Origin: Dicyema japonicum
Taxonomy: Eukaryota; Animalia; Dicyemida
Reading direction: 5' to 3'
Length of the DNA: 64,000 nucleotides
Assembly (NCBI GenBank): GCA_011109175.1
Contig: RDEW01000019.1
Coordinates: 427,570 to 491,569, forward strand
Position 1 is the first letter of the stretch. Each line of letters starts with the position of its first letter. Of this stretch, positions 13,073 to 27,280 are shown piece after piece. The translations under genes were made by a program, and so were the position numbers. A model generated the notes under the pieces. The model was not told the DNA's origin. It saw only the letters and a program-made list of their open reading frames with translations, and made no database searches.

Positions 13073-13386
13073 CAGTAAACTAGAGATTCTCTTTTTATAG
13101 CATCTCGTCTGACATGAAGTTATTTATTGGTTTATTTATAACTCAATATTTCCACTTTTTGAGCAATTGAAAGTCTAGTGTAGGCTCCAACAGAAACATT
13201 CCGACCAATGCTTGTTTTAAATTATTTAAATTATTAAAAATATTTAAAAAAATAAAAATAATTTTTAAAAATGTTGGCAAATTTCAGAATTGGCAAATAT
13301 CATTGAAAAATATTAAAAAATCGATAAAAAATGGCAAATTTCAGAATTGGCAAATTTAAGAGTGGCATATTTGAGAGAGTTTACTG
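13073..13386. mobile_element. MITE, Tc1/mariner-pogo type
   Basis: TA|CAGTAAACT ... AGTTTACTG|TA (9-bp TIR, TA target site); its right ~130 bp recurs inverted at 37911-38040. Confidence 0.6.
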
Positions 13387-14334
13387 TACTACAATTTTAT
13401 CACGTGGATTTCTCATGGCTATAAATATCAATTACATATTTAAAACGGCCCTGTGATTCGCATAAAACTGTAGTCACATAAATTGTAAAATTTTCGTCCA
13501 GCAAAGAACAGATTACAGCTTTGCCTAAGATCGATTCAAATGCTAATTCAACCAGAATAACACAGTAGCAAAAGACCTGTTATTTTGATGAAATGTTGAG
13601 GTAGATCCAAAAGAATTCAGTTTTAGACAATGTCGACACTAATTAGCTGAGGGTTTGTATTCTGTCGCCACATTCCAAGCTCTGACCTTACTTTTATGAG
13701 TGCAAAATCCTTCATGAAACGTTTTGCAGAGTCTATCTACTAAAAGCCACAAAATCAAGTTGCTGCTATCAGGAAACCTGGAGTGTTTTTCACAACACGT
13801 TGAAAAAGTAATTATTAAGTGTGAGAAAAGGTAACCTTCTAAGGCCTCTCAGGATTGTGGAGGGTCAGAAACCATCCAGTCATAAATTCAGTCCACAAAA
13901 CAGTACATAGAACCATATCCTAGAAGTCTCCAAATTTTTAACATTACTAATTAAGAAATTATTGCTTAATTACACCTTATTAAATTAGCTGGGGAGTAAA
14001 TTACATAGTAATTTATGCTTTGACTTTTGGCCAGTCTTTCAGTTTGAAGTAAATATGCTATCCTCAGAGACTGATTTCTTTGGGAGGATGAATCATTATG
14101 TTTTCCATCCGTGTTTGTCGGTTTAGAATTTTGATAAAACTTCCTGAATCCTCCGTGAAACGTCTTGGAATGCTTAAGAGAATTCTTGAATTCGCCATAA
14201 AATGGCTTCCACGTTTTTTTTCAGAAATTATGATTATTGTTGTTATTTTTTTAATTGTTTGATAGATAAATAGGAAATTTTATATGTCCTCCTTGAAAAA
14301 AACAACTCTATGCGAATCTCTGGACAGATTGCAG

Positions 14335-15490
14335 CTTCTTGACACACTCAGCACTATTCCTCATGAAAAAAAGTCTTAACATTCAGAGAATCGCCTATTT
14401 ACTCAGGACAGACCCGTATTATTCCCACTTGGAGCAGCTTGAGCACTTTGATTTGTTTTTCCTCAGCTCGACGGAGCAAATATTTAATGTCAAATTCGAC
14501 TATGCTACATGGAAGCAAGCTACACTCCCAGTTAGATTTGGGGGTCTTAGAATCCGTCGTACTTGGACGTCTCACTTCCTGCACATCTGTCTTCACTCAC
14601 GGTTTGCGAATCTTTGGTCAGGATGATTCTACACTCCCTACCCGAATTCTCAATTGACCAAGACATAATCAACTCACGAGAAGCCTGGAATGCCACCAAC
14701 CTCCTTCTGCATCTTTCACAAGACTGCCAGCAAATCCTGGACAATTTATTGTGCTGGAAATCATTTGGACTCCTACTGGAATCGGCTAATCAGCACCGAC
14801 GCGCTTGTTTGCTTTCGCGGCTTCCCTGAGAGCGGATATTGGCTAAACGCCATCCCAAATGGAACTCTGGGCACTTTTCTGATAATGAATGCGCTAGAAG
14901 TGGTATCTCTCTGCGGCGGGGACTGAAAGTATGTGTACCTCACCCGTGCCGATGTGGTGTCCTGATAGACTGCTATGACCTGCACCCTCTCGCCTGCAAG
15001 AGGAGCCCTGGAAGATCTCCAAGGCACAAGGATCTAAATGAAATTGTCAAGCGGGCTATGGATTTTGATGGATATTCGGCCATTCTTGAACCAGTAGGGT
15101 TATGCAGAAGTGACGGGAAACGACCGGACGGGATGACCATATTTCCTTTTGGAGCCGGAAAACCACTTGTTTGGGACGTGATATGTACAGACATGTTCGT
15201 TCCGAACAATCTTCACGAGTGCGCTTCAAGAGCCTGATCTGCAGCCGTCAAAGCTGAGAAATCCAAACTCGAAGAATACGGCATCCTTCTCAATAATGTC
15301 CAATTTGTTCCCCTTGCAATGGAGACTTCCGGTCCTACTCCCCCTCTACATTAGAGTTTTTCGAACCTCTTGGAAACCGGATCACCTCATGCACTGGAAA
15401 TCTCCGCGAACGCCGCTGGCTGTTTGAGCGAATTTCGCTCGCAATTCTAAAAGAAAACAGCCACGCAATGAGGGCGGCAGCTAACTAATG
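14335..15490 (+). mobile_element. CRE-like (RLE-type) non-LTR retrotransposon, 3' part
   Basis: WKQATLPVRFGGL, ESGYWLNAIP, CRCG..HPLACK..RH zinc knuckle, LEPVGLCRSDGKRPDG..WDVICTD, FVPLAMETSG, WLFERISLAI. Confidence 0.9.
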
Positions 15491-17214
15491 TTTGACATTA
15501 TTCATTTTATTAATAACATTAAAAAATTATATTAAAATCATCAAGGAAAAACGAAATTTTTAATTTTGTCTAAAAACGTGATTTGTGTTGTAAGGGACAA
15601 AAAAGCGACCTTGGCATCGTTGCCCCTTTACGGAAAAAACAAAATTTTATTTTTTTGTAAAAATGATTGTCGTGCATAGGTTACAGGTGTTGTTATAATT
15701 CCCACTAAGCGCTTTTAGTATTCTCTAAACAATTATAAAAATAATAATTTTTTTAATTATAAAAATTTTGACTTGAACACGGCGACAGATGAATTTAATA
15801 ACGTTGGACTCATATAATAAAATGTTTTGACACAAGAGTTCATGCAACTCATTTGGAAGAATTCAAAACGGATCAAAAAACACCCGAAGAAAGAGGAACG
15901 TTTTATTCCTAACCATAAAGAACACAGTAAAACCTCCCTAATAACTTATCAACCACTATGTATTGATAAATTACGAAAACCGCCAAAAATCATATAGGAT
16001 CAATACCCCCAATTACTGACCAATGCCAGTTCCCAATATTACTTTGTTCAATCACGCCAGAACTGTAATTGAATACTCTTTGCACATTGTGTCCAACCGA
16101 ACTGGGAATATATAAAAATTAAAAATAGTCATGGATATTGACATTGTAAAATCTTTAAGAGTAATTTTACCAGGCGCAAGTTAATCTATTTTACAGAATT
16201 ATAGGAAACTCACAATATTCCAGCTTTCAACGCGGAACCTGAAAGTCTAGACTGGGATTAGGTGTCGCTGCAGTACTCATCCTAAATCAATAAAAAGATT
16301 CTGATAATCGTCTGCAATGTATTTTGTGTTTTATTGTTGAGATTTTATTTGACTAAGAATATTCACGAGTTTTCATATTTGTTTCTGTGAAATCAGCCGA
16401 ATTGTTCCATATTTTTCTTTGATGTTCCCCAAGTACATGCGTTGAACATAAGAACTGGTCGGCTTCCTTAATAAACAAAATAAAAATTTTATAGATTTAA
16501 GCAAACTCCCTTATCGTTAAATAAAAATCAGATAAGGTTAATGATGATTACATTTGGTTAATGGCCAACATCAGTAAACATTTTTCGAGTTGTTTTTCGA
16601 AGTAGCCTTTTTTACAGTTCCGATTAGTTTATCAACATAAAAAAGTAATTTAAATGAAAATGAGAACTCCATTATGGTATGCAGACATTGAGCACGGCAT
16701 GGAATTTTAAGAGCAATTGGGCCTTTTCGGGAACTCCCTTCAGCAGTACAGCAAGATACCGAATCAAACTGATAAAATTTACGTTCTAAGGCCAAGCACG
16801 CCATATTTCTTAAAAAAGATCGGCTGGTTCCCCAATTCTAAGGTACATTAACTAATCGGGTAGAACAAAAATGTGAAAAGATCAATATGAAGACCTTAAA
16901 AAAAATTAGTGTAAAACTTAAATGTAAGGGATAATTCGAAAAACTTGTATCTAAAAAATAATAAACATATTGGAGAAAAATGGAAAGCAATATTCACGTC
17001 AATGAGGGAAAGTAAATGTGTTAAAAAGCTATGTGGATAATATTTAGGAATTTTTACAAAAATCTAAAGAACTAGCATACTTGGCCGTAAGCAGCCGTTA
17101 TCAGCCGACCACGGAAGTTAAGCAGTTATAGGATGTGTAAGTATTGGCTTGGTGTTTGGGAACTCATAGTGTCGTACTTTTTTTAGTATAAATTAACTCT
17201 TGAGGAAAAAGCTT

Positions 17215-17850
17215 GATTTTAACCGACATCTTTGTCAAGACCGACGGTTCCAGAATGCAAGTATACCCGGCGTCTTCTATAGCTCTCATGACTGTCAAGT
17301 TTAACATGGTATGACGAGGGAATCTCTTGGAGCTCCATCTGGATGACAGCAGGTGAGTCCTTTCCTGTCAAAATTCGCAGCACATTAACATCGATGTTAA
17401 AGGAAGGTTTAGCCAAAGAGCAGCTCCAACACAGATTGTATTCCCGCCAAACAGAGCACCAACTGCCAGTACATATAAGGAATTGAGCCAGGACTTTGAA
17501 TTCTCAGCAGACGCTGCATTCAGACATGTGCGACAAAGTGTCCCTGCTGGCCTTCCAAGTTCATCTAGCTTTTTTTAAACAAGGATTTCATCCCAGTTCT
17601 TTTGAGAGATAAAGTTCTTCGGGACACCAAAACCGTTTGCAGTCCACTGCTGGACAACCGCTTCAAGTACAGGTGCTAGACTCAATCCGTGGCAGAAACA
17701 TAAAATTGAGTTGGATAAGACACGGCAGCTTGCGAAGGACGAGAAGTAGTATGGAATGGTTAAATTGGCAAAAGACCTCGACCAATTCTCCCAAATTTTA
17801 TGTTTAGCTTTCCTTGGTACCTGACCTTCAGTCGTCTGTTTGATAAGATC
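17215..17850 (-). mobile_element. CRE-like retrotransposon fragment (RT C-terminus to start of RLE)
   Basis: One minus frame reads ..ISQKNWDEIL..LNAASAENSKSWLN..GALFGGNTICVGAALWL, followed by an EP(V)GLDKD motif. Confidence 0.7.
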
Positions 17851-18429
17851 CTCCTGAGATTTAAGAGAATCAGACTCATGGAAACAAGTGGAAGAAGATA
17901 AAATTAATCACAAAATTTATTAAAAATTAAAAAATAGTCATAAATTAGCATATATATTTGAAAATTAATTTGAATAAGGTCAACGATTAAAATAAATGAA
18001 ATTATTAAACATTTTTAAAAATGAAAAAAATTAACCTCGATTTACTACAAGCTGACGTTAAATTAAATTATCCAGTTTCGCTAACATATAAGAAACTGGG
18101 AACCTGATGTTCATAAATATTATTATTTTTATAATATATTTTCTAATATTAAAATTATAACATTTTTTTATTGGCGAACAAAACTAAATGATACGATATA
18201 ACATCACAATTATGTTAGTAAGTGCTCATTCACCTGAATGACGGAAGAGGAGAAAGAACTGAGAAAATCGATAATGATATATAGGTTTGGTTCATAACAA
18301 CAGCCCAGTTTCTCCTTCCAGTTTGTTTGAAGCGTTAAAAAATAGGACACGTTAACCTTTAAATTTGTTATTAATTATATGAATTCATTTGTGTACACGT
18401 GTCTCTTATGTAATGTTATATAATCATCG

Positions 18430-19340
18430 CTAATTGGTTTCCTTCTCGAAGGGGACGCTTTCCGTAATGGATATTTACCCGTCTCGGGATTGACCAGTGC
18501 CAGCCTCATCCATGCCGTTGTATGTTTGTTGTGGACCACAAAAGACTTCACCCGTTTTTAAGCCGTCTCAGCAGTTGCCGGTTCTCGAGGCATGACTCTA
18601 TCAATGGGGTTGTGTTGCTCTCTCTTGAGGTGGCTGGATTCACGTTATCTCTGGAACCGGTGGGATTAGATCGTGGAGATGGAAAGCGCCCGGACGGGGT
18701 AATTGTCTTCCCCTTTTACTGAGAAATGCTCTATTTAGGATGGGACCTGCACCGAAACTTTTTCCCAGTCGAGATTTACCGGTTCCAAGTTGAAAGCTGG
18801 AAAGACTGCTTGGACTTTCAAGAATTTCAAGATAAAAAATGCGACAGTCTCGCCACCAGATTCCATGTACAACCCGTTGTCGTAGAGACGAGCGGAGTCT
18901 TTGGGTACAAGACGGTCTCTTTTCTAAGATCGCTTGGGTCAATGATATCGAAAGTGACTAATGAGTAAGGCAACTTTTTCCATATAATGCCATTTTCATT
19001 ACCAACTCGAGAGACAAAGGTCATTTTTATTAATGAGACATAGGTCGCCCATCCATCATTGTCGGGAGCGCAGTAGACACACTGTATGCCGCGGAAAAAA
19101 CAATGAAAGCAAAAGAGAAAAATATGAAGCATTGCACGATCGGTTTACTTTCTATCCCATTGTGGTCGAGACAACTGGAGAAATACGTGTAAAATCGCTT
19201 CGCTTCTTAAAAAACGCTAAACAGAATCGGATCGCGAAAATGACAACTGATAAGAGAAAGGAGCTGGCTTATTGAACGCATTTCCTTCCAATCGTCATGG
19301 GAAATAGCTTAATAATGAGTGCAGTCAGAAGTATTAACTT
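18430..19340 (+). mobile_element. CRE-like RLE fragments, two diverged RLE C-termini in tandem
   Basis: LEPVGLDRGDGKRPDG, FHVQPVVVETSGVFG, then again EKYEAL..FTFYPIVVETTG..WLIERIS. Confidence 0.85.
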
Positions 19341-20869
19341 CGATGCACAGAGAAGTTTTCACTTCTATACGAGTAATTGGCAAAGGAAGACGTGTTACGT
19401 TACGCAAAGGACATGAATTTCTAGCTTTCCCGTTTGATGACGGCTACGCGCTCATCGAGAGAGATCAAAGCTAATGAACATTTTTGAATGGGCCAAAAGT
19501 TCAATAAATAATCAAAATTGCAATTATTACTATCAGCAGTTCTAAAGTATAGCGCAGTTTAATAGATTCAGGACCAAAATATAGAGGTTCTGCGTTAGAA
19601 TCTCGCTGCTATCTATTCGATTGAAGGTTCCACGCATCTACGATCTTCTGGGTCGACGAGTGGCGCCGTCATCATTAAAGGCACGTTTGTTATGATAAAT
19701 ATTTTCAATTTAGGGTTTCAAATTAATATCCAATAAATCTACAACATTTCCGTCTCCTAAAAATGTTCTTCATGAGATCTCTACACATTTAGCCCTTTCT
19801 GGAACGGGGTAAGCAGGCTACCATCACGTCTTTTTACTTAGTAAGTCCCCAGTAATAAGATAGTAGGGTCAATTATGAGTTTTAAGTCTTGAAACTTGTA
19901 AAGCATACGTTTATCAGATAAGCACGTAGATCGAGACCATACTATTGATCCCGTTTTCTTTTTCTTTTGGTATGATGGTATTTTCAAGGAAGCTTAGGAA
20001 AAAATGGAATACGTCACCAGTGAGTTGTCTCTAGGCAGTGAAGCGAGAATGGTCCTATTTCTAAGTACATTGGAGGCCTTCTGACGATACCATAACTTAG
20101 AGCATGTGAATTATATTATTAATGAACTTTCGCTATGTCACGTTCATGGCAAAGCACTTGTGAACAGAGAAACTAACAGCAGCAATTCCTCCTCCAGTTG
20201 CTCTAGTCGCAAGTAATCCACTTGCTACATGCAGGCAGTATTGCAGATGAATAAATCATTCGCTTGGCAGAATATAGCAAGTATGTTTCCTGGTATGTTG
20301 TTTCTCCCTTACCTTCCTTCCTATGAAGGTTTTCTCCACGCAATCCGAGTACGACTTTGACATTAAGAAATACAGGAATAAATACTAAGAAATGTATCCG
20401 ATCTCGACTTTATATTTCTTTAGTTTTTATCTTCCAAATTTTTTTATAGTCATCTAACATTGAACGTAAGGACATTAATGCTAGTTGCAGCTAGTTTCTT
20501 GGGTTTTACAGACATTTTTATTATCCACGTCACTAGCTCAACCAAAAAAATAAACTACCACCTAAAATTAAAATTTTGTAACAACATTGTCAGAAAATAT
20601 ATTTGATTCATTTTAATAAAAAACACAGAATTCAATAAAAAATGATTTTAATTTAAAACCGTAAAAATAAAACAGGGTTATTCTAGAATTATTAATAATT
20701 TAGTGGAAATTACTATTCTAAATATTTCAGTAATTTTTAAAAATTAAGATATGACTATTTTCAGTTATTGGATGAGGTGGTGACGTCCCTCAATTTGATG
20801 TATTTGTAAAAACACACCCATGAGAAATCGTATTTATCAAAAAACAAGACCTATACACAGTTTGTAAAT

Positions 20870-21110
20870 CGAAGCACATAGATAAAATTATCACTAAGAC
20901 CATTGGGATTTTTGGGCACATATTATGGATGAATCATCCCTGCTTACGATGTTATGCAATCATATATCTGCTCGGGATACCACGAACAATGAAAATCGAT
21001 CTAAAACAAGTTAAAATGATATTAGAAGACGCAAATGATCTAGACAGCTCGAGAGCATAGAGAAGTCTAACAGAGCGAATCATCTGGGAGTGGCACAAGC
21101 GATGGCAGGG
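20870..21110 (+). mobile_element. Highly degenerate RTE-like 3' fragment
   Basis: FLGHIL..IDLKQV..NDLD resembles the 21335 and 61380 copies. Confidence 0.45.
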
Positions 21111-21334
21111 TATAACTGTTTATTGCGAATGTTAATTGCTTAGAAAGTTGAGATGGTGACGTACCTTGATTTCACAGAATGTCTAATAGCTTCATGACTG
21201 ATAAATGGCATTGTCTTCCTCCTCATCAGAATAGATAAAGAAACGAACCCAGAGGACATCAAAATCCAATGTCCGACCAACATTATGTTCAAATGATGAT
21301 AGACATAGAATATGGAATCCCTGACTGAGTAAAC

Positions 21335-21960
21335 TTATTATTATTATTATTAGCACTTTCATGAGAGCCATAATATTTTTAGCCCCGCATGTGCATCAAA
21401 AAATATAAGAAAATTAGTTAGGTTTGCTCCAAGCTCTTCTGCTCTTTGCTAGGTCCTTCAGTGAGTCCAGATCGTCGCCAGATGCCAATGTTTTCTTCAC
21501 GGCTTTCAGATCGTTTTGTAGAACGACCAGGAGGGTAGTTCTCGGTCTTCCACAAAAGCGTTTTACATTGGAGGAGTAGTAATCTTCCATTGCGATATTC
21601 GGAGAGGATATCGGGTCCAACCTCAGGACGTGTCCAAAAAGTCTTCAACGAGAGCAAATGATCTCGTGGCTTAATGGTGTACAGTCACACTTATGTACAG
21701 TCTATTCCTTGAGATCTTGGATGGCCAGGACATTCCAGTTATGCTTCTTAGATTATTCCTGTGAAATGACTCTAGCCTCTTCAATTCCTCTTTAGAGGTG
21801 GCCCAGGTCTTAGAGTTGATTCCTCTTTAGAGGTGGCCCAGGTCTTAGAGTTGTATAGTAGGATTGGTTTGATGAAGTTGTCGTATAACATTATCCTCTG
21901 TTTTATGATATACCCTTTTCGTTTTAGCTAAAGATTTTTCAGCCTGTGTAATGCCGCATT
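21335..21960 (-). mobile_element. RTE-like LINE 3' fragment with (TAA)n tail
   Basis: ILLYNSKTW, FGHVLRLDP, GRPRTTL, AKSRRAW; (TTA)5 at 21335 on the + strand; contains a perfect 35-bp tandem duplication (21784-21853). Confidence 0.85.
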
Positions 21961-22959
21961 TGTTTTTTCCGTATGATATATTCGCTATCTCCTAGTAGAG
22001 AGCCAAGTTTCTTTATGTGTTTCCATTTCTCTTCAAGTGAGCTGAGTAAACTTGCAAAATATATTTTTTTAATAATGATCAAAATTATAATTACATTACT
22101 TTGTTGGTTGACGTTGCAAACCTATAACGCACTTTATTATCAAATTGATGATCAATGTCTCAAATTCATACTAGCGAATTTTTTCTTGCAAGGAAGGCCT
22201 TTCAGGTGTCATCGAATGACTGTGTCTTCCCTATATGAATTTATTATGAACAGATTTTCTATTCAGTGTCGTGGATCCTGTTTGGAATCCAATACTTAAA
22301 GTCCTTAAAAACTTGTACAAATAAGAGTACTAGCTTTCTCTTACTGAATTCTGGTACTATGCTCATAGTAAACCTGAACCCAAACACACCAGCTTTGGAT
22401 GTAGAAAAAACCAACCAGGATGGATGTTTCTGAACGCCCTTTCAAATGATATTGGATTTTAAGTCTTTAAATCTAATGAGTCTAACCACATCAGTGGTGA
22501 CGAACTTGGACTCTTGACATCCCTAGAACGTCGGTAACTCAGATCGATATTGCAAACGACCACAAATCATATAGAATAAATTTCAATCTAGAGACTTTAA
22601 GACTATTAGCGTTTTCTTCGGTTTTAATTTGGAACATGTAGATTGGTATCACTTTCGGTTATTTCAGTTTGAGTTGACAGTTCTAGAACTTAAAAAACCA
22701 TCCACATCAACAACTTGATTAGAGGAATCATTAGTCTTGTAAGGTCCTATATTCGTAACTCAGAAAAAATAAAGAACAGACTCCAAGACAAAATGAGGCA
22801 CAGTGTTGATTACATGGATTATAGAAGCTTTTCAAAACAAATTCAGGAAAAACACAGTCTATTCCAAAAATCTTACGAAAATGAAAAATGATAAACCGGA
22901 CAGTAGGAATTTAACCTTATAAAAATTTACTGATAAATTATTAACAAAGGAAACAAATC

Positions 22960-23160
22960 AATTAGATAAAGCCACGAATAACTTTTTGTTGAATCCGATG
23001 GTATTTTTCGAAATTATTTGCACATTTGGAAACACTAGTTTGTGATAAAATGTTACTTTGGTAAAATTGACTTAATTATTCTTCTTGAAAGGAACTGACA
23101 ACAGTACGAAGGTTTCCATTAAATGAAAAAATAATTCTCCGTTAAAAAGAATATTTTTTT
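22960..23160 (-). mobile_element. Fragment of Ginger/KRBA2-like element N-terminal region
   Basis: Nucleotide similarity to 32560-32730 (ATAATTGCACAT.TTGGAAACAC; AACAGTACGAAG.TTTCCATTAAAT). Confidence 0.55.
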
Positions 23161-24039
23161 AGAAAATAAATTATTTTTGAAAAAAAAGTAGTTACAGTCG
23201 ACCTTAGCAAATTAGCCACATTTTAAAAAATGTTAATCATTTAAGACAGACACTATTTTTTTGTTTGCGATATTCTCATCCAAACTCAACGAACAAAATT
23301 CAATAAGACGGAGAACTGCATGTTAACATCCAATACAATTACAACCCTCCTTCCCCATCCTCCTTTTATAAGAATCCACGAGGAATCGTTGTGTGGTTTC
23401 CTTTGTTTCAGCAAAGAAACAGATGCGATCGTTCGAGTAGAGGAAACTCAGATCGAGTTTTTTTAGCCTTTTATGGAGGTTCTATAGTTGAGACATAAAA
23501 AGACCATATAAGCGGTACCCGGTGAATTAATAAAAGCTGGGATTATTTAATTAGTATTTTTAACATCTTTTTAGGTGATCTTGGAGTATTAAATAAATTA
23601 TTTATGATATCCTTTTATTTGAATAAAACACAAATTGACATGGCAATTTTTAATTTCTCACATCCGCAGTCCATATGACTTCAGTCCTACAAAATTGTGT
23701 AAGAAGTAGAGAAAGAAGTGATTTTAATAACTCTGGGTATTTTCGAAAGAGGTATATTCAGTTCGCAAAATCTTACGGGACTTATGCTTTTCCAGCATAA
23801 CGGTATCTATATTCGCCATTATGGGAACACCTCTATAGAGTAGGGATGAGAAGGACCTTTTTAGCTAGGCACTGGATCTCCTGAGTTAGGTGGATCTCAC
23901 GACACCTCTAAAGAAATGAAAAAAAGTATAGTAGAAAGTATTCTTTTGACCAAGTAGGTTATCACAATGCGAATCTAACCGACAGTTATCGAGACGAGAG
24001 CAACAGTCTAACGAGTAGTACATATTTATTACCCCAACA

Positions 24040-24565
24040 CGTACATTCTTAGGTAAACGCTCTCTCCTGCCGGAGGAGTGCTGGAAAAATTCCTAGACAC
24101 GCCGCAATCAATGAAGCTATTGCTTGGGAACTTTAGGCTGCCGGATTTCCTGTCCAATTGGAGCCGCTTAGACTTGCTCAAGCTAACCGAAGACCGGACG
24201 GTACTACTCTCTTTCCATGAAGAGTGGTAAAAACCTTGCCTGGACGCGATAGCCTCTCTCCCTCCAACCTCTCAACGACAGCAACTGACCCAGGGTCAGC
24301 TTCGGAGAAGGCTGAGACCCTAAAAATAAAAAATTCGCATGTCTTGGATGACAATTCATCTTCGAACCAGTGGGAGTCGAAACGACAGGAATAATAAAAA
24401 GCAGGTCACTGACCCTGCTAAACAGGATCGGCTCGCTCATCACGAAGAAGAAAAACGATAGGAGAGAAAGGAGCTGTAGAGCACATTTCCTTGCAAATCG
24501 TAAAGGGAAATGCGCTTTCAATTATGAGAGCAGCCAACAGTTGCTAACTGTTAGTTTTTTTTGAC
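24040..24565 (+). mobile_element. CRE-like RLE 3' fragment
   Basis: RHAAINEAI..VQLEPL..ANRRPDG.T..P..SGK.LAWD, FEPVGVETTG. Confidence 0.8.
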
Positions 24566-25349
24566 ACATATTTACTTAAGAAACTGTTATTAAAGTGTAA
24601 TCTGCTGATAATTGAGCGCATACTTGGTATCTTCATGGTCGAAGGATTTCTTTCCTCTTTATCATCTTGAATTCTTAAAATGAGTAATGGACTCTGGAGA
24701 CAACCAGTGCCTTGCCGGCGTCTAAAAAAGATTCCTTCTTTAATACTTAAAGGGATTCAATTCCTATACTCTTTAAGGTCTAAGTTTTAAAGATTTAATG
24801 TAACAGTCCAATTAATTAATTATCGACGAAAGTAAATTGAATTAAAAATATGAATTTCATAAATTTTTTATTGGATATTAAAATGTGTCTATAAATTTTA
24901 ATAATTAATCGATAAAATTAATTTTCCTTCCCTCTGGCGGCGTCATTGTATCCACCTACTGAGGAGACGCCCAATGCCTGGCCGACATCAAGAGGATCCA
25001 ACTATTTTTACCCAGGGACAATGTCGTTCTGGAACGCTGGAACGAGTCAGGATCAAGTAGTTAGTTAGTTTGGTTACCCTTGGTCTTTGGAATAACTTTA
25101 ATTTAATTAATTTAATAAAATTCTTTGGAATAATTTTATTAATTAATAACGTGAACAAATGCTTCTAGTGCGTAAACCAGGAAAAATTAAAGAAATTATG
25201 AAAATCAGTAATAATCTTGACCTTTGAGGAGACATTATCCACTCGACAGGTTTCATCTTAAGGAACTCTCTAAAAAATTATATTCGATAAGGAAAAGGTC
25301 TATATTTTACATGGTAGTAAAAATACGGTTTTTTGTGAAGATGAACAGG

Positions 25350-26300
25350 AATTAATGCTATAAACAATAGAGGTATACCTTAAAGTCACAATTTATTAGT
25401 CAGAATATAATTACTTTTGTAGAGATCCGGATTGGTAGAGATCTGATTGGGACAGTTATCTCAAATTGTGTATTTTGTCAGGTATTTTTTTGCTTTTTAT
25501 TTCCACAGGCAAAGAAATTACTGAACACGTAACACCGATCTTAGCTATAAGGACAAGGGATCTCCATATTATGATTTAATAGACCTAAGGAGAGAGTCAG
25601 AAATGAATGATGGATATTCTTTGGTATGATTTCTAATATTAAAGATTTTGGTTGTTTGGACTCCTTCTCTAATTGTTATGAATGAGCTGGCTAAAAATAA
25701 ACGAACAGTGAAATTGTATCGCTCTTTCAAAATATGTTTTTTTGTGTCTTTAATGTGAATTTTTCAATTTTTTAATGTACAATTTATGCATAAAATACTC
25801 CATAAAACATGTCCCAAGTAGGCCACGAGTCCCCTTGATTCAAGGTAAATTGTAAGTTATAATTTTGTGATTAATCAAAGTATTAAACGTTGGATGTCTT
25901 CGGAATCCTCGTCTAGAGGTTGTTTTGGAAAGTATTCTACGCTTCATTCATCAACAAAAAAATACCTTTCTATATTTTTGTGGTTGTGGAGGGTAATAGA
26001 GAATACAAAGCTGAACAATTAACCGAAGAATATCGGAAGAGGAACTAATAATAGCGAGAAACACAGCTTTCGAAAACCTGTTGAATTTTGCCGAAATTGG
26101 GAATTAACGACTCAGTCATTGATATCGGAGATGAAGTGATTTCAAGGTTGCGTACAAATACTAATTTTAGACAAGAAAATGATACAAATAACCCCCTGTA
26201 TACATTATATGATGGACTGGATTATGATAAATACTGCGTGGTTGAACAAGATGGACTCAAAATGGGAGAACATAAAGAAAGAGTTAAACTATAATTCTAA
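25350..26300 (+). mobile_element. Degenerate Ginger/KRBA2-like integrase element
   Basis: DLIDLRRESEMNDGY, SEIVSLFQNMF, KHVPSRPRVPLIQG (cf. GRPRHPQSQG), DIGDEVI C-terminal block. Confidence 0.6.
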
Positions 26301-26599
26301 ATATAACTTAAAAAAATTATTTTTTTTTCATTTGTGATATTTGGACTAATATTAATTTTATTTAAGAACAGCGAGAAGTAGCTAAAGAAGAAATAATTTT
26401 TTAATCTGCCCAACCTATTTTTAAATAGATTTTGATAATAGCATTATTCCTCTTGAAAAACAGTCTCAACGTACAGAGGCTCATATGTCCTGAGGACTGC
26501 TGCCTATTTCACCCAGTGTGATTAACTCGAAAAGTATCTTCAACTTTCGGTTCGAGGATTACTCATGGAATTAAGCCACGCTGCCAGTGAGACTCTGAG

Positions 26600-27280
26600 C
26601 ACTTGGAATTCGAAACCCTGTGGACCTTTCTCTCCCTTCATACCTATCATCGCTAGTGGCCTGTAATTCCCATTTCAAGAGGATTTTACACTCTCTACCT
26701 GAATTCTCTATTGATAAGGAAGTAGGACATGCTCGTGAGGCCTGGAGCCGCACTTATTAGCTTTCCTTGCCTTCCTCGTTTTCTCAGCGGGGCTTGGAAA
26801 ATACTATATGCTGAAATTCTTTTGAAGATGTGCTAGTGACATCTAGCCAACACCGCCGGACACCCCTTCATGGTCGAACCTGTCGGTCTTTGCAGTCAGG
26901 ACTGGAAACGATCAGATGGGATGACAATCTTTCCTTTTGAAGCCGGGAAAACTCTTGTCTGGGACGTTATTTGCACCGACACATTTGTTTCTTGCAAACT
27001 ACTCCAGAGTGCCTCTGGAGCCTGTTCTGCCGCTGAGAAGGCCGAGAAGATGAAACGGGAAAAGTACGTGGTCTTATCCAAGAATTTTTTGTTTGCTCCA
27101 CTAAACGTTGAGACGTCTGGTTCCCTTGCGCCTGCGACGCTGGAATTTTTGAGTCGTCTAGGGAATCAAATCGCTACACGAACAGGGGACCCTCGTGAGC
27201 GCTGCTGGTTATTTGAGCGAATCTCGCTCGCCATCTTGAAAGGGAATAGCCACGCAGTCAGGGCAGCCGCTATATAACCG
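26600..27280 (+). mobile_element. CRE-like 3' fragment, same family as 14335-15490, internally deleted
   Basis: EPVGLCSQDWKRSDG..WDVICTDT..FAPLNVETSG..WLFERISLAILKGNSHAVRAAAI; nucleotide similarity to 14560-14700 and 15090-15490. Confidence 0.9.

Noticed and set aside
21784-21853. Perfect 35-bp direct repeat suggestive of a CRISPR repeat
   Set aside because: Two adjacent units with no spacer, inside an RTE relic in a eukaryotic genome: simple tandem duplication.
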